Shown in pieces: positions 35,701 through 48,254 of a DNA stretch of 64,000 nt. Below the pieces are notes generated by a model. The model had not been told where the DNA came from. It saw nothing but the letters and a program-made list of their open reading frames with translations, and made no database searches. Every line of letters begins with the position of its first letter. Within the stretch, counting starts at the first letter, position 1. Made by a program: the position numbers and the translations under genes. The stretch is taken from NCBI RefSeq assembly GCF_000315625.1, contig NW_005434671.1, forward strand, positions 348,590 to 412,589, read 5' to 3'. The DNA comes from Guillardia theta CCMP2712 (taxonomy: Eukaryota; Protista; Cryptophyta).

Positions 35701-38064
35701 ATGCTGACGAGAGCAGTGAAGAATGTGGCGGGGACGCGTGGGGGGGAGAGGATGTTGGCAGTCTCTGCGTTGTTCTCGTCAGAAACTGCTCATGCTGCTC
35801 AGAGCGGGAAGGGATTGAACATGCGAAGAAGCTTCAGAAGCTCGGCATGCAGTGGATCCCCTGCCATGTTTCAGAGACCCTTCCCCAGCTCGATGAGAGG
35901 GACGGGCCAAGAGTCCGCAATCCGCTCAATCCAACATGCCTTGAGCATGCGTATCGGTGCAAGATCCATGTCTGGTGGAGGAGGCAAACCCCATGGCGGT
36001 ACTCTTGTGAACAGGATGCTACAGAACGAGTCGGAAAAATCAGCGATCCTCGGCAAGGCAAACGTGCCTCCCATGGAACTCACAGAGCGCCAAGTGTGCG
36101 ACGTAGAGTTGATATGCTCTGGGGCGTTTTCGCCATTGGAGGGGTTTATGGATGAGGCTACATGGTAAACTCACCTTTGCGATTGTTTGCTTTGTGGTGG
36201 GGACTGAATGAATCCTGCAGGCAGCACGTCCTAACGAACATGAGACTTCCTGGATCGAACCTGCTGTTTGGTCTGCCGGTGGTACTTGATACAGCGAGAG
36301 AGGACTTGCAAAAGGTAGATCCATCACGATCTACATGCCGAAGGAAAGATGTTCCATGATATGACCCATATTCAACAGGGGGCTGTGGTCCCTCTTACAT
36401 TCCACGGAACCACTGTGGCTGTGATGGAGGTGGACTCGTCATGGGTGCCGAACAAAGTCTTCGAGTGCAAGGAGTGAGTATGATGATGAATCAATGCCAA
36501 CCTTGCTCTTGACGATGTTGCCGATCAGGTCCTATGGCTTCACGACGCTTGAACACCCAGGTTGCCATGACACTGCTGCTTCAGCAGTCTGTTCGTACAT
36601 GAGCCTCTTATGCAAATCACCTTAGGTGTAAGGTTGATTGCTTGGGAGAGAAGTCATCGATACATCGGAGGAAAGATTCACGGTATTTCAAGCGTGGCTG
36701 TTTCGTTTCATCCTCAGCCGAAGTTGCCATGATGCACGGTCAGGCTTGGAGTACCCCAAGCGTTATTATCCTGTTGTCACTCCTCAACAGCTAAGGGCGA
36801 AGTTGCCGGTGGACAAGGTTGGTCAAGGAGGAGAAGTATGCACATGCCGAATCATTTTGACAGGACGTCGTAGCCTTCCAGTGTCGCAACCCCATTCACA
36901 GGTGAGAGGCTGGACTGTCACTGGAGCTGCTGCAGCGGAGAGGACGAACTCTCATCTGTACCTTGCACAGAGCTCACTATGAGCTGTTCATGAGATCCTT
37001 GGATGCTCCCAACGTGGTAGGATAGACCGGCATCCCAATCGACGCTCTTGCCGCTCATTTAATTTCCGCAGCGCCCGGGCTCTGTGGTCCTCGTTCACCC
37101 TACCTGCGGCCCGACGCAGGAGGATGACATCGATGGGATTACGAGGTCCGGCTCTGCGTGCATCCTTGTTGATCGTGGAGCTAATGAAAATTTCCTTCAG
37201 GTACAAGACGTACGAGGTTCTAAAGAAGGAGATCAGCGACACCAGAGTGGTCAGTGTTGCCTCCATGGGTTGCAACTGGCGCTTACAGTCAGTCAGCACT
37301 GGGCATACCTTCCATACTCCATGCACATGGCCGGCCCCCGTGAAGCAATCCAACACATGTGAAGAGCTTGATGCTTGCGGCTTGCAGGAGAGCTGAACGG
37401 GCGCAGGATTCTGAGAAAGAACTACGGGTGCACTCACTTTATCGTGGGGAGAGGTGACTTGCGATTCTGCTCCCGGGCCCTGTGATGACTCGGTGGTTCA
37501 GACATGGCAGGATGCAAGAGCAGCTTGTCCTCTACAGATTTCTATGGGGTATATGATGCCCAGGCATACTACAGCGATCTCTGTACCTCCGAGGTGCTGA
37601 CGAGCATGGCAGGACATGGCCAAGAAGCATGCTGCTGAGCTAGAGATGCAGGTATGGAAACTAGACAGTGACAGCATTCTTCAGCATTCTTGACATGACT
37701 CGATGCATTCAAGATTGTTCCTTCCCTGGACATTTTGTACACTGCTGAGAAGGTCGGTTGTTACAATGGTTTATTAGTTGATGTTGCATGACAATGCATG
37801 ACCTTCAGGGCTACATCACTGTCGATGAGGCGAAGAAACTCGATCTGAAGCCGCTGAAACTTTCGGGTACTGAGTTCCGCAAAATGTGATTCCAACTTGA
37901 GAATCCAACGTCAAGCTGAGCATCCCAACAGGTTGAGATCAGGCAAGGACATCCCTGAATGGTTTGCCTTCAAATCCGTGGGTCTAACCCTGTCAATTTG
38001 CTCCAGCTGACTTGTCCCTATCTGCCAACAGGTTGTCGCGGTGCTGCGTGAGAACATGAAGTGA
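35701..38064 (+). CDS. sat: ATP sulfurylase (sulfate adenylyltransferase), ~18 short introns, N-terminal presequence
   Basis: PHGGTLVN, CDVELICSGAFSPLEGFM, FGLPVVLD, VVAFQCRNPIHRAHYEL, VLVHPTCGPTQEDDI, AYLPYSMHMAGPREAIQHM, RKNYGCTHFIVGRDMAG, FYGVYDAQ, LSGTEFRKML, IPEWFAFKSVV. Confidence 0.96.
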
Positions 38065-38235
38065 TGTTTGCCGGAGCTGTCAGACTCAGTTAGCTCCCTT
38101 CGACTTCAATAGGTGACGCAATAAGGTTCTGAAATCTCAGAACATTTCTTAATAAGACTGCACAAAGATTTACACGTGACCTGATTCAAATGTCCTGGCT
38201 GAATGGAAAGCGGCCGGTACGGTGTGAGTTTGCTT

Positions 38236-39540
38236 TCATACTGCCTCCTCAGTGGGTCCGTGTGGCGGCCAAATCATTCCGAGAGTCATCTCGCCCTCCT
38301 CCTCGTATTGCGGAGGTGTATCATTCCTGGTCAGTTGAGAGGAAATCCCGTCCTCCTGCATGTTGTTGGCAGTCGATAGATCCAACGGGTGCTTCCGAGC
38401 TATTTCTTCCGAGAGCCGTCGATTCCTCATTTCTTTGGAGTCGGTGACTTCCATCGACTCGAAGACTCTCTTCTAAAGACAAACGTGAGCACAAAGACCT
38501 CCCACCTCTCCAGCTGTCACCTGGAGCTTGAGGAACTCCACGTTGGCGATGCGGTAGAGCTTGCGCGCTCTTGCTCGGATGTGACCTGCGGCGATGGAAA
38601 GGCCGATTACAATTTTCCTGCACATCATCGTTGTAGACGACAAACTTACCAAGATTCTCTTCGCTATCGTAAGACTTTGACGGAGAATCACTCATGCTCA
38701 TGTCTTGGCTGGCGATCTCTGTGCAAAAGTAGAAGAGCAAGGCTGCGTTCAGCTTTGTTGTAGCCATGGCTGAGAAATCCGGTCGAAAAATCGAACAAGG
38801 GCGCCTTATCGAGTCTCACTTGGATTCAAATCAATAATCTTTCGCATTCAATCCGTTATCACGCTGCGTCTTCTCTCACATTTCACTGGCTCCTCTGTTC
38901 CTATTTGGATTCATTTATACATGGAGACCCTGGGAGTCGAATTCAGTCTTTGACCACCTTTTACAATGTGAATACACAAGGATCTTCTCGTATAACATAA
39001 GTCTCTTGTTGTTGAAAATTGAAAGCAGGGAGAGAGCTTGTCTAATATGGAAAATACAGCAAGTAGGCTGTGGTATCCTACATTGAAGAAACTGGATGAA
39101 GCGCGGATATCAAAGAGCAGCAATTCGTACCCTTGGACTATCATAAACAGATCTTACAAATTCCTAATGCATTCTTACACTGTCTACATTAATGATGACT
39201 TCGTTTCAACTATAGGAGCTTTCTAGGTCTTGTGGTGACGAATCCTGGTTCGGACAACCGATGTATATTTGAAGTATCAATGGCTACAAAATACTGCCGG
39301 GTGCTCATTACGATAAAACATGCAAGTCCCTGATTTAAATAATGCATGCACATTTCTCTCGCCAAATAGTTCTTCTTCTTGGGCATTAATGCTCTCGATC
39401 GACTCTGCGCTCAATGATCCTGCGTCATGAAAGATCCTACGACGACATTTGCACATCTCCTCTACAAGACGATCTCACCACTGAATTGATGACGTTCTAC
39501 TCCATCTGTAGTCCCTAAGGTGTCCACACATGCACACTCT
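38236..39540 (-). CDS. Hypothetical multi-exon gene (structure uncertain)
   Basis: Several GT..AG pairs on the minus strand. Coding-like segments KIVIGLSIAAGHIRARARKLYRIANVEFLKLQ and MEVTDSKEMRNRRLSEEIARKHP...EEAV*. ACCC-rich region upstream at ~39650. Confidence 0.4.
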
Positions 39541-40498
39541 GCTCCTCCTTCTCCATCCCCTCCTCCTGCTACCTCTCGAATCCTCGTGATCCTCCGCACG
39601 TCTAGTCGCGCATGTGGTCGCAAATATTTACTACTACGCCGTTCTATCCCACCCCACCCTAACCATATGGTTCCGTTCATCTCTATTTCCGGGGTAGGGG
39701 TCATCAACATCGGATGGTAGATGAACAAGAGGGGTACTCAAGACTGAAACGAGGAGGTAGGGGTCATGTTTGACTGGCTGTTTCGAATCGCGTAATTTAT
39801 GTGAATCGTTGTGATCTTAGCAAAAGGAGATCTTGATCTCGGGAAACGAGATTTGAAGCCCGCAGAGGCAAGCTTGGGGTACTCAGAGAGCAGGGGTGTA
39901 CAACTGCTTGACCGGTATATCTCCCAGGAATTGATTGGGTGCAATGACTGAATATTGTATCCTAAGCGGGTAGGGGTAGTTATCAGTGGGGTGGGGTGAA
40001 AGTCGGCGATGTCCTTTCCTGCTCCAGGGACACAAGTTTTTACAGAACATGAGTAAAGTTATAAAGCAATGTGTATCAGATAGAATATAGTCAATATATT
40101 TCCTCAATCATTTTATAGAATCAATAGCATAATCTGTATGCAAAATTATTAATTAAACAAATGACAGTAGCAAAAACTTCCATACCAGGACTACTTTTAA
40201 CTTCTTGTACATGTCGCACACGCTTCCGAGGCGGGTTCAAAATGATCTGAGGCGAGCCTGTACATAAATTCAAGGCGCGAACTTTGAAAATATGGCGGAA
40301 GGCAACAGGTAGAGTAAGAGGGGAGGAGAGGGTGCGAGCGAGGAGGCTGTGGGGGGAGGAGAACGTTCACTACTTGGTGCATATCATTGCTTGCAATCAG
40401 TGGCAGAAACAGAAAACTTGAGGCGTTAGATGGGGGACAATCAGTAGAAATCACACAGGGTATGTACATCGTCAAGCAGGGAGCAAGGCAACGTTGCG

Positions 40499-41736
40499 AT
40501 GTTTGATGGATTCGGACGTTTTTCACTTTCGGGAAGCGTTGCTGATTGTACTGACCATCTCTCTGACAGCTCGATGGATTCATCCTATGAGGCTCTGGAA
40601 GACGAAGACGAGTGGAGAAGGCAAGAGGAGAAGATCAGGGACTCCCTGCGGAGGAGGCGCCAGAGGATCGAGAGGATTGAGCAGGAGCTGAACCACGTCC
40701 AAAGCCTCTCACCAGCAGAGGTCAAGGAGTATGCCTCTGTGGCAAGATATGGAGTGGATGGCATACGAGCAGCAGCCGAAACCATCCAAGGTGCATGGAG
40801 GACTGTGCGGAGGCAGACGGAAAAGCGCTCTGGAACTCTGCAGAGAAAGCACATGGCGGCGAGAAGGATACAGTTGTTCATGAAGCACGTTTCGAATCTC
40901 AACCAGAAGAGGTGGATATCCAGGATCTGTGGCCTGATACTGACAAAGATTGGCTTCAGGACTGACTTCATCTCTCTTGAAAGTGTCATGATCGAACCGG
41001 AAGTGGTGCCCGGTACTGAATCTGGGGAATGCCTCTGTCCTGATATCCTTGCAAGAGTCTCGGCGTGGTCAGTTGGACCTGTGGGAGCTTCCTGATGAAG
41101 ATCGGGTGAGAAATCTGCAGAACAAGATCAACTCCGAGTTGGAGGCAGCTCGTACCCGCAGGGAACGGTTGACACAGACAAATCTTACTAGCCTTGTCTT
41201 GACCCTTGTCTTTTCCATCAGTTCAAGGACTGAGGAGGAGTTGAAGGATCTGGAAAAGATGGCGAAAGCAAGGATCAAGGAGTATGACAGCTCTGGGAAG
41301 GTGTCAAGGTGAGTTCAAACACTATCTATGTCTGTGCTCCTCTTACGGACGGTTCAAGGACGGAGACCAAGGATCGCAACAAGTTACGAGAATACATCTC
41401 GAGCACGCTAGCTTCAATGTGGAGCATCAGAAGTATTGATGACATCTCAGAATCCAGGGAAATGAGGGCATTCGAACGGTTAGTCTTGGATTGTGAACTT
41501 CCTTTTTCCCTTCTGGGTTTATTTGCTTTGTTGTTCCTTTCCTTCTTTTTCAATTTGATTGCTATCTTTACATAATGTTCGCAGAGGATTGCTGTATGGA
41601 AGTGAATCAGACAAAGATTACAAAGAGCTTATCATGAAGGTAGCCATGGAGGAACACCAAGAAGCCATGCAAGCTGTTCAGAAGCGTGAGATAGGAATGT
41701 ACTAAATTTTAGATGTGGTGTACTGTGCCAGGATGA
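40499..41736 (+). CDS. IQ calmodulin-binding motif / coiled-coil protein (resembles the IQCB1/NPHP5 C-terminal region)
   Basis: AAETIQGAWR and AARRIQLFMK IQ motifs, coiled coil RRQEEKIRDSLRRRRQRIERIEQEL, short GT-AG introns. The 3' end is approximate. Confidence 0.6.
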
Positions 41737-41825
41737 AGATGTTCGAATCAATGCTTTTGCAGTTCAATGTTTATTTACTGGAAATGATAGGAACTTGTTA
41801 AAGGATGTGAAAGAATGCGGATCGT

Positions 41826-42685
41826 TCAGGGAAAGTAAGCCAAGAACTTCTCAAAGTCAGCGAGAGACTGCTTGAACCATTTGTCGGATGCTGCGACACG
41901 CTTGGGGCTTCGCTCGACTCCTTCCTTCAATCGGAGAGCAGTCTCAAGCTCAACCAAGTCCTGCAAGTGAGGATAAGTTGAGGCAAATCACAAAGTTTCC
42001 CTGTACTGACCTGGATGATGTTGCGGGAAAGACGGTCAGTCTTGATCTGTGTGTCCTCGTCGAAGGCGGCGAGGCCAAGCTTGTTGAGATCGTCACGGAG
42101 CTTGACGATGTTGAACGCCTTGACTTGCTCACTGAGCTGAGCATTCTTGTCGCTCTTGAACTGCTTAGAGAGCTCAAAGAGCTTGTCACGGTTGCTGCGA
42201 AGGTCCTTGAGGTTCGCCTGGATCTCAGGGGTGGAGATGGCCTGGGCGTTGACCTCAACCTTGCCAGCATCACGAGACGCGTCATTCTTATCGTATCCGG
42301 GATTTCTAGTCACTGCAAAGAGCACGCCGAGGAGACCGACAGAGATGGCTCCTCCGAAGGCATAGGCTTCTCTCCTGGTCAGCCCTCCAAAGCCTTCACC
42401 TCCTGCCATGGCGGCATTGTAAACCTTAGGGGTAGGAGTGTTGGCAGATTCGACGAAGCCCTGACGCTCAAACAGGGTTGGCTCGTTCTTGTAATCAGGA
42501 GGAAGAGGTTTGTCGGGGGTAGGAATGAGGGGCTTGTACTCGACATCGTCGTTGTTCTGCATGCGGAGAGAGAGCGGCCTGTGGCAAACTGGCGCCTTGT
42601 TAACCCTGGCGATGCCAGCAAGAGGGGCGGGGCTGAAGGCATAAGCCGATCCGATGCACGCTACTGCAAACAAAGCTTTCCTCAT
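41826..42685 (-). CDS. Plastid-targeted thylakoid protein: one TM helix plus PsbQ-like helical bundle (candidate cryptophyte PsaQ-type subunit); intron 41961-42010
   Basis: Bipartite presequence MRKALFAVACIGSAYA|FSPAP...LRMQ, LTRRE plus hydrophobic helix, amphipathic C-terminal helices ending ...FEKFLAYFP*. Codon usage looks like that of a highly expressed gene. Confidence 0.7.
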
Positions 42686-43399
42686 TTTGACCTGAACCAC
42701 ATCGTCAACATCAAGGATTTTCAACAATGAATGATTCAAGAAGTCAGCAGAGCAGGAGACTCTCGATATATGAAGTCTAATGCATCCTCTATCCAACTAC
42801 AAAAGTCCTGGAGAATCTGTTCACAGCCATTGGTGGGTCGAAGTTTGGATATGTAGCGTCTGCTTTTCGGTTGGCAAAAAGAAAACAGAGAATGCTTGAC
42901 TGCAAGACTCTTCTAAATTGATACAAAACCAGAATCACCCGAAAATTGAACCAGATGACTTTGAATGCTAAGATATTCCTTGATATAAAGAACAACTATA
43001 ACTCAAGCTATTTGAGCACCAACCGGGCCAGAAAAGCCAGCCAAGGCCATTTCCTTCCTTGTACAACTCGGCCATTTCCAAAAACAAGTTAGGAGAGATT
43101 CTCTAGGCTAGTCTGGACAGTGTTTTCAATAGCAGCGTCCCCGTCTCAGGGTTAGCAAGTCCAATCCAACCGTCCTTACTAGCTGACATCCCTTCCCTAG
43201 CAAATACGCATCTTCAATGTAAGCTCTCAAGACCCTCTTCTTCTTGTCTGCGATTATGTAATATCATCGACGTGTGCAGTCTTGTGATAGGCCTGTTGCT
43301 ATCATCCGCCTGTCTTGCCTCTCATCGTCTCCTATGGCGACCTTCCACGTTTCATTGCGCCGTCTCTAGCATCGCTCACTCTCCGCGTCTTAGATCCTC

Positions 43400-44115
43400 C
43401 ACCCCTTATATCCCCACCCCTCCCCCCCTTTTGTGCCGCCTACCCGTTCAATGGACAAGATCATGAACCCCTACCCCCAATGGTTTATAAGTACCCGTAC
43501 ACTTAATAGTGCACTACCCTAGTGCTTTACTTCCTCAAAGAAACAATTACTGCCACCTACCCACTCGAAATCCAGCACCCTACCTCCTGCACTACCATAA
43601 CGTTGGAATGGAACAACCCACCTTCGGCCACACTACACCCTCCAAAGATCTGGAAGTACCCACCCTTTTTACCGGCCTCCTTTTGCTTTTTGAGATACCC
43701 CTGCTTATTACCATGAAAGAACCCCACTCTGATAGGTCCATTGAGGATCCCTGGACCCCCACCCACATTTCGACTTAAGTCTGTCAGCGGACTACCCTAC
43801 CCAATCTCTGCGAGACAATTACCCCATGCAATTATGTCATTTGATGTTATAAATGGTAGGGTACCTGCAGGGAAAGAGCAATGGGTTTGGTTAGGGTTGG
43901 GTGGAAATGGAAGGGTGGCGGGTAATTCTTTTGGTACCAAAGCTGGGAGGAAGGGGGAGGATGCTGGTATAAAGAAGGGGTGATGACAAAAAAGGGGGTT
44001 AGAAAACCCAGAGGGGTGCATCTGGGGGTGACTAAGGTGGTAGGGTGGTGTCCGCTGACCTACATGACAGGGGTGGAATTACTCACGGGGGTGCTTTGAT
44101 GGGGTGGTTGGGGGA
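43400..44115. promoter_or_regulatory. Mirror TACCC | GGGTA intergenic region (divergent promoter)
   Basis: TACCC-rich 43400-43830 and GGGT-rich 43855-44115, between divergent genes. Confidence 0.55.
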
Positions 44116-44149
44116 TCGTAATGAAATTAAAACTCTAAAAGTGCCTCGA

Positions 44150-44635
44150 CACTGACACTGGTGACGGCGCGGCCCGGCCCGGCGCGCCGGGCGCTTCCGG
44201 ACGGCCCGGGGGGGCGGCCTGCCGGCCGGGACTCCAGCCCGGGCCGGCCCGCCACCGCGAGTCAGAGTCCGGCGGCTCGGTCGGAGTGATTTCCGTCATC
44301 AATGCCATGATGTCAAATCATCAGTGATTGACCTCGGATCCGGCGGCTCCGATTCAACCGAGTCCGATTAACTCAGGCAGTGTCCGGTCGCTTGCAAGTT
44401 GATTCAGTGAACTTGAAGCCTCGCCCGGCCTCTCAGTCTGGCGATGAGTTAATCAGAGTCAGGCTCGCCGATTAGCCAGTGCCGCGCGACTCAGTGTCAG
44501 GGTCAAGCCTCCTCGACTCTCCTGATTGTCCTCGTACTGATCTTTGACTTAACTTCCCCCGGGCCCCGGCCTTGTGCGCGCAGTCACCGCCGGTGCTGAC
44601 TCCAGTCCCGGCGGCCCCGGCCGGGCGCCGGAAAC
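44150..44635. repeat. GC-rich non-coding repeat element related to 16380-17260
   Basis: CCGG/ACTCAG/GAGTC words and a 25-nt motif shared with 17020 (2 mismatches). Confidence 0.55.
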
Positions 44636-44863
44636 TTCAAAGATGTAATAGCAATACCTGAGATGTATTAGCAATACTTGGAACCAGGTCCACCCGGTGT
44701 ATTGCGAAGGATTGAGCAAGGAGAGGAGGAGAAGGGAGGAGGAGGCGAAGCTGATTGCAAAGCGGTTCAAGTGAATATATGCATGCTGGCATTGCTGTTA
44801 TTGAGATGATGCACACTTGGAGGGCGGCGAGGACGAGCAGGTGACTCTCTGGTTTGCGAAAAC

Positions 44864-47797
44864 ATGTCGAGATTGATGAAGATCATGAGCGTGAGGAGGG
44901 CCTCCAACATCATTTCAGTTCGCTCGAAGCTTGCATGGCTAGCGTGCGATTGGAACAGGAAGGAGCTGAGGCTGTACCATGACGATGGCCGCCTGCTGAG
45001 CGCTGGAATGAAGACGATTCATGCAAGGCAGCGCTCAGACAAGTCTCTCCTCAAGGTTGAGATCATCGGTGCCAAGGAGCTGACATCCACAAAAGTATGG
45101 AACCAGTGCAACCCGCAGTGCATCCTTGCCATGGGCAAAACGGAGGCGTCGACAAGCGAGATATGGTCTGAAAGTGCTCCTGTGAGAACCTCTGCGATGG
45201 AGGGCAGGGTGTGAGCTGCTGGTGCTTGACACCTGCTAACAGTTGTGGGGCGAAGAGTTCTACTTCCAGATCAATCCGTCAGCGACGTTGGAGATACAGG
45301 TTTGTCAGTGCTCTGATCCCGATGAAGCCAGTCAAACTTCCCTGCTGCCAGGTGCTCTCCAAGCAGACTTTCTTCACAGAGTACCTAGGACGCGTCAGGA
45401 TCCCCGTGAGCTCAATCTTCTCTGGATTGGAGAGAGCTGCGATGCTGGGCATGAAGAACTGGGAGGTCTACTTCGTCCTCCTCAGCAACGAGTGGTCCTC
45501 CGAACCCTACAAGCCCGGTAGCCACCTCCCATGGTTCGAGGACGGGGCTCCGAGCATGGACCGCAGGTGAAGAAGTGGAAGAAGCGGGAAGTCGACCTTA
45601 CATTTGATGTCGTCACACAGCATGGAGCAGGAGGCGGAGGGGTCCTCTGCTGAGGATAGCCCCTTCGGAATGTACGGCTATCGCCACATGCCGCTACCTC
45701 GGTCTTAGCCCGCCATGTCATCCGAGCAGGAGTGACGGTCGCCCGCAGGATCCGAGGGAGGCTGTTTGTGACCTTCAGCCTCGTGGAACGTGGAGAGCCG
45801 GGTAGGATCGAGCAGTTTGAGTGCGCGAGGAAGGACGTGGCGGAGGACGCAGGAAAGGCTAAGGGCAAGACGAACAAGTCGGGAACGATAAGGGTGATCC
45901 CTCAGGTGATTGAGCGACCAGAAGAAGGAGAAAGGGCGGGGATGGAGTAGGAAAAAGGGAAGGGAATGAGTAGGGTGGGGGGGGGGGGNNNNNNNNNNNN
46001 NNNNNNNNNNNNNNNNNNNNNNNNNNNNNNNNNNNNNNNNNNNNNNNNNNNNNNNNNNNNNNNNNNNNNNNNNNNNNNNNNNNNNNNNATAACACTCAGT
46101 CTCCCGAGGAGGTCAGCCCAAGAACACACCTCGCACTCCCTCCCCCCAGCCAAGGCTAAGATGCATGAAGACTCCTTGCGATTCCTGGGGGCGGGGGGGG
46201 GATGCAGTATGGGAAGGGGAAGGGGGAGACTCATACATACTTGACAGCCCAAGACCAACACTGAGAGTGCCTGCATGATCAAAGCAAACATGAGGGCAAA
46301 GGAAGAGAAATGGCAGGTAACGAACAGGAACTTGTTCCGGTCCATCCACACTTCCTCCGCTCATCCGCTCATCATCGCTCTTCAGTGATGTTTCCCTCCC
46401 CCCCCTCCTTCCCTGCCCTCTGTCTCTCCCTCCTCGCCCTCCCTGCTTCCCTGCAACATTTCACCTCCTTTTACATCTTTGCCCGTCAACACGCCTCCCA
46501 CTTGCCCGCCGCTCTTGCTTCCAACACCTGCTCTAGGAATCGCAAGGAGTCTTCCGCATCCTAGCCTTGGATGGGGGAGGAGTGCGAGGAGTGTTCTCGG
46601 CTGCCCTCCTCGCAAGACTGTGTGCCATCCATCCTCAGCTTCTGGACGAGGTAGCCTCCTCTTCTCTCGCTCGTTGCTCCTCTCCAGCCTGCTGAGGTCC
46701 CCGCGCAGGTGGACGTGATCTGCGGGACCTCTACAGGAGGGCTCATCGCACTCCTCCTCGGTCTCGGCTACACAGCAGAGGAGGTCACCTGTATCTACCA
46801 GTATCATCTCCCCACCATCTTCTCGACCAACCCGGCGAGGAGGTGAGCTTTGCCTCAGCTGCCTCTCAGTCCCTGCCTCGTCCCCGGCCTGCTGTGTCGA
46901 TATCCTCGTCACCTTCCGTTCGACTCTCCTCTCATTCGGTGAGCAGGTATTCGCCCTTCTGCTCCTCCTACAGGAAGGAGAACCTCTCCAAGGTACGCGT
47001 TGAGTTGTTCCCCTCCCCTCCCTCCCTCCCTCCCTCCCTCCCTCCCTCCCTCCCTCCCTCCTCCACCTAAACGAGGGCGGCAGGTGATCGAGATCTACTG
47101 CGAGGACAAGTGCTTCCGCGACCTCCAGCGCCACCTCGTCATCACCAGCTTCATGGTGGACAGTAGCAAGTCCTCTCCTCCTCCCCAGCTCAACAACCAC
47201 CTCGACCCTGCCATCGAGCACGCCTGGGGCTCGAGCGACGGCAGCTGGCATCCGGCAGTCTTCAGCAACATCCCTCAGACGGTCAAGGGCACCAGGGCCC
47301 CGGACCTCGACCTTCCCGTCCTCCAGGCCGGGCTCAGGACGACAGCTGCCCCGACGCTCTTCCCCTTGCACGACGGCTACACGGACGGCGCGGTGTACGC
47401 CAACAACCCCTCGCTAGTGGGGCTGGCCAAGATCAAGGCACACTTTCCTCGCATCAAGTCCAGAGACTTCCGCATCCTCTCCGTTGGGACAGGACGCTTT
47501 CCCTACCGTGCTGAGGTCCCTGGGGATGGCAACGCGGACTGGGGGATCCGACAGTGGGCTCCGCACCTGCTGGACATGCTCAACGACGCCTCCTCTGTGA
47601 ACGTGGACATGAACATGCGGCTTATCCTCGGGCAGAACTACCATCGGCTCGACCCTCGCCTGCCATGGCGCATCTCCATCGACAACCTAGACGCCATCGA
47701 GGAACTGGTGCTCCTGGCGCGGCAGGCGGACCTGACGGGGGTGAGCGACTTTATCAGGGATCGCTGGCTCAATCCTTCGCCTCCTCCGATCGTGTGA
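44864..47797 (+). CDS. C2-domain + patatin-like phospholipase, multi-exon, spans the 100-N gap (45989-46088)
   Basis: C2: LKVEIIGAKEL...NPQCIL...WGEEFYF...YLGRVRIPVS. Patatin: RILALDGGGVRG, GTSTGG, TAAPTLFP, DGAVYANNP, ILSVGTG. Confidence 0.88.
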
Positions 47798-48254
47798 GGA
47801 GGGAGAATGGGAAGGGGATGCAGCAGGGAGGCAGGTACGGGGAGGGGGCAAAGAGGAAGGACGGTTCTAGCAGAGGTCAGATCTCATGGCTGGTGCAGGA
47901 GCCAAGCTTGAGCTTGTTCATGGAAAGAATAGATGGGTAGAATGTCATGAAGGGAATTGGAATCAGAACGAGTCGAAGAAAGTCTTCCTCTCCCGTTGCT
48001 TCCAGTTAGCTATCAAGTACTCTTTGCCTGCCACAAGACGTCAGAGTCACTCGCGACCACATTCTATCCTCGTTGTCATCAACGTAGTCTTGATCAGAAC
48101 CTAGTCCTCTTCCCCCTCCCTCCCTTTTTCCCTCCACAACCACCACTAGATTCTCCTCCTCCTCATCATGATCATGATCATGATCATCATCATCATCATC
48201 ATCATCATTTCCCCTATCATCCCCCCCACAAGCACATCTTCGTCTCCACAAAAA

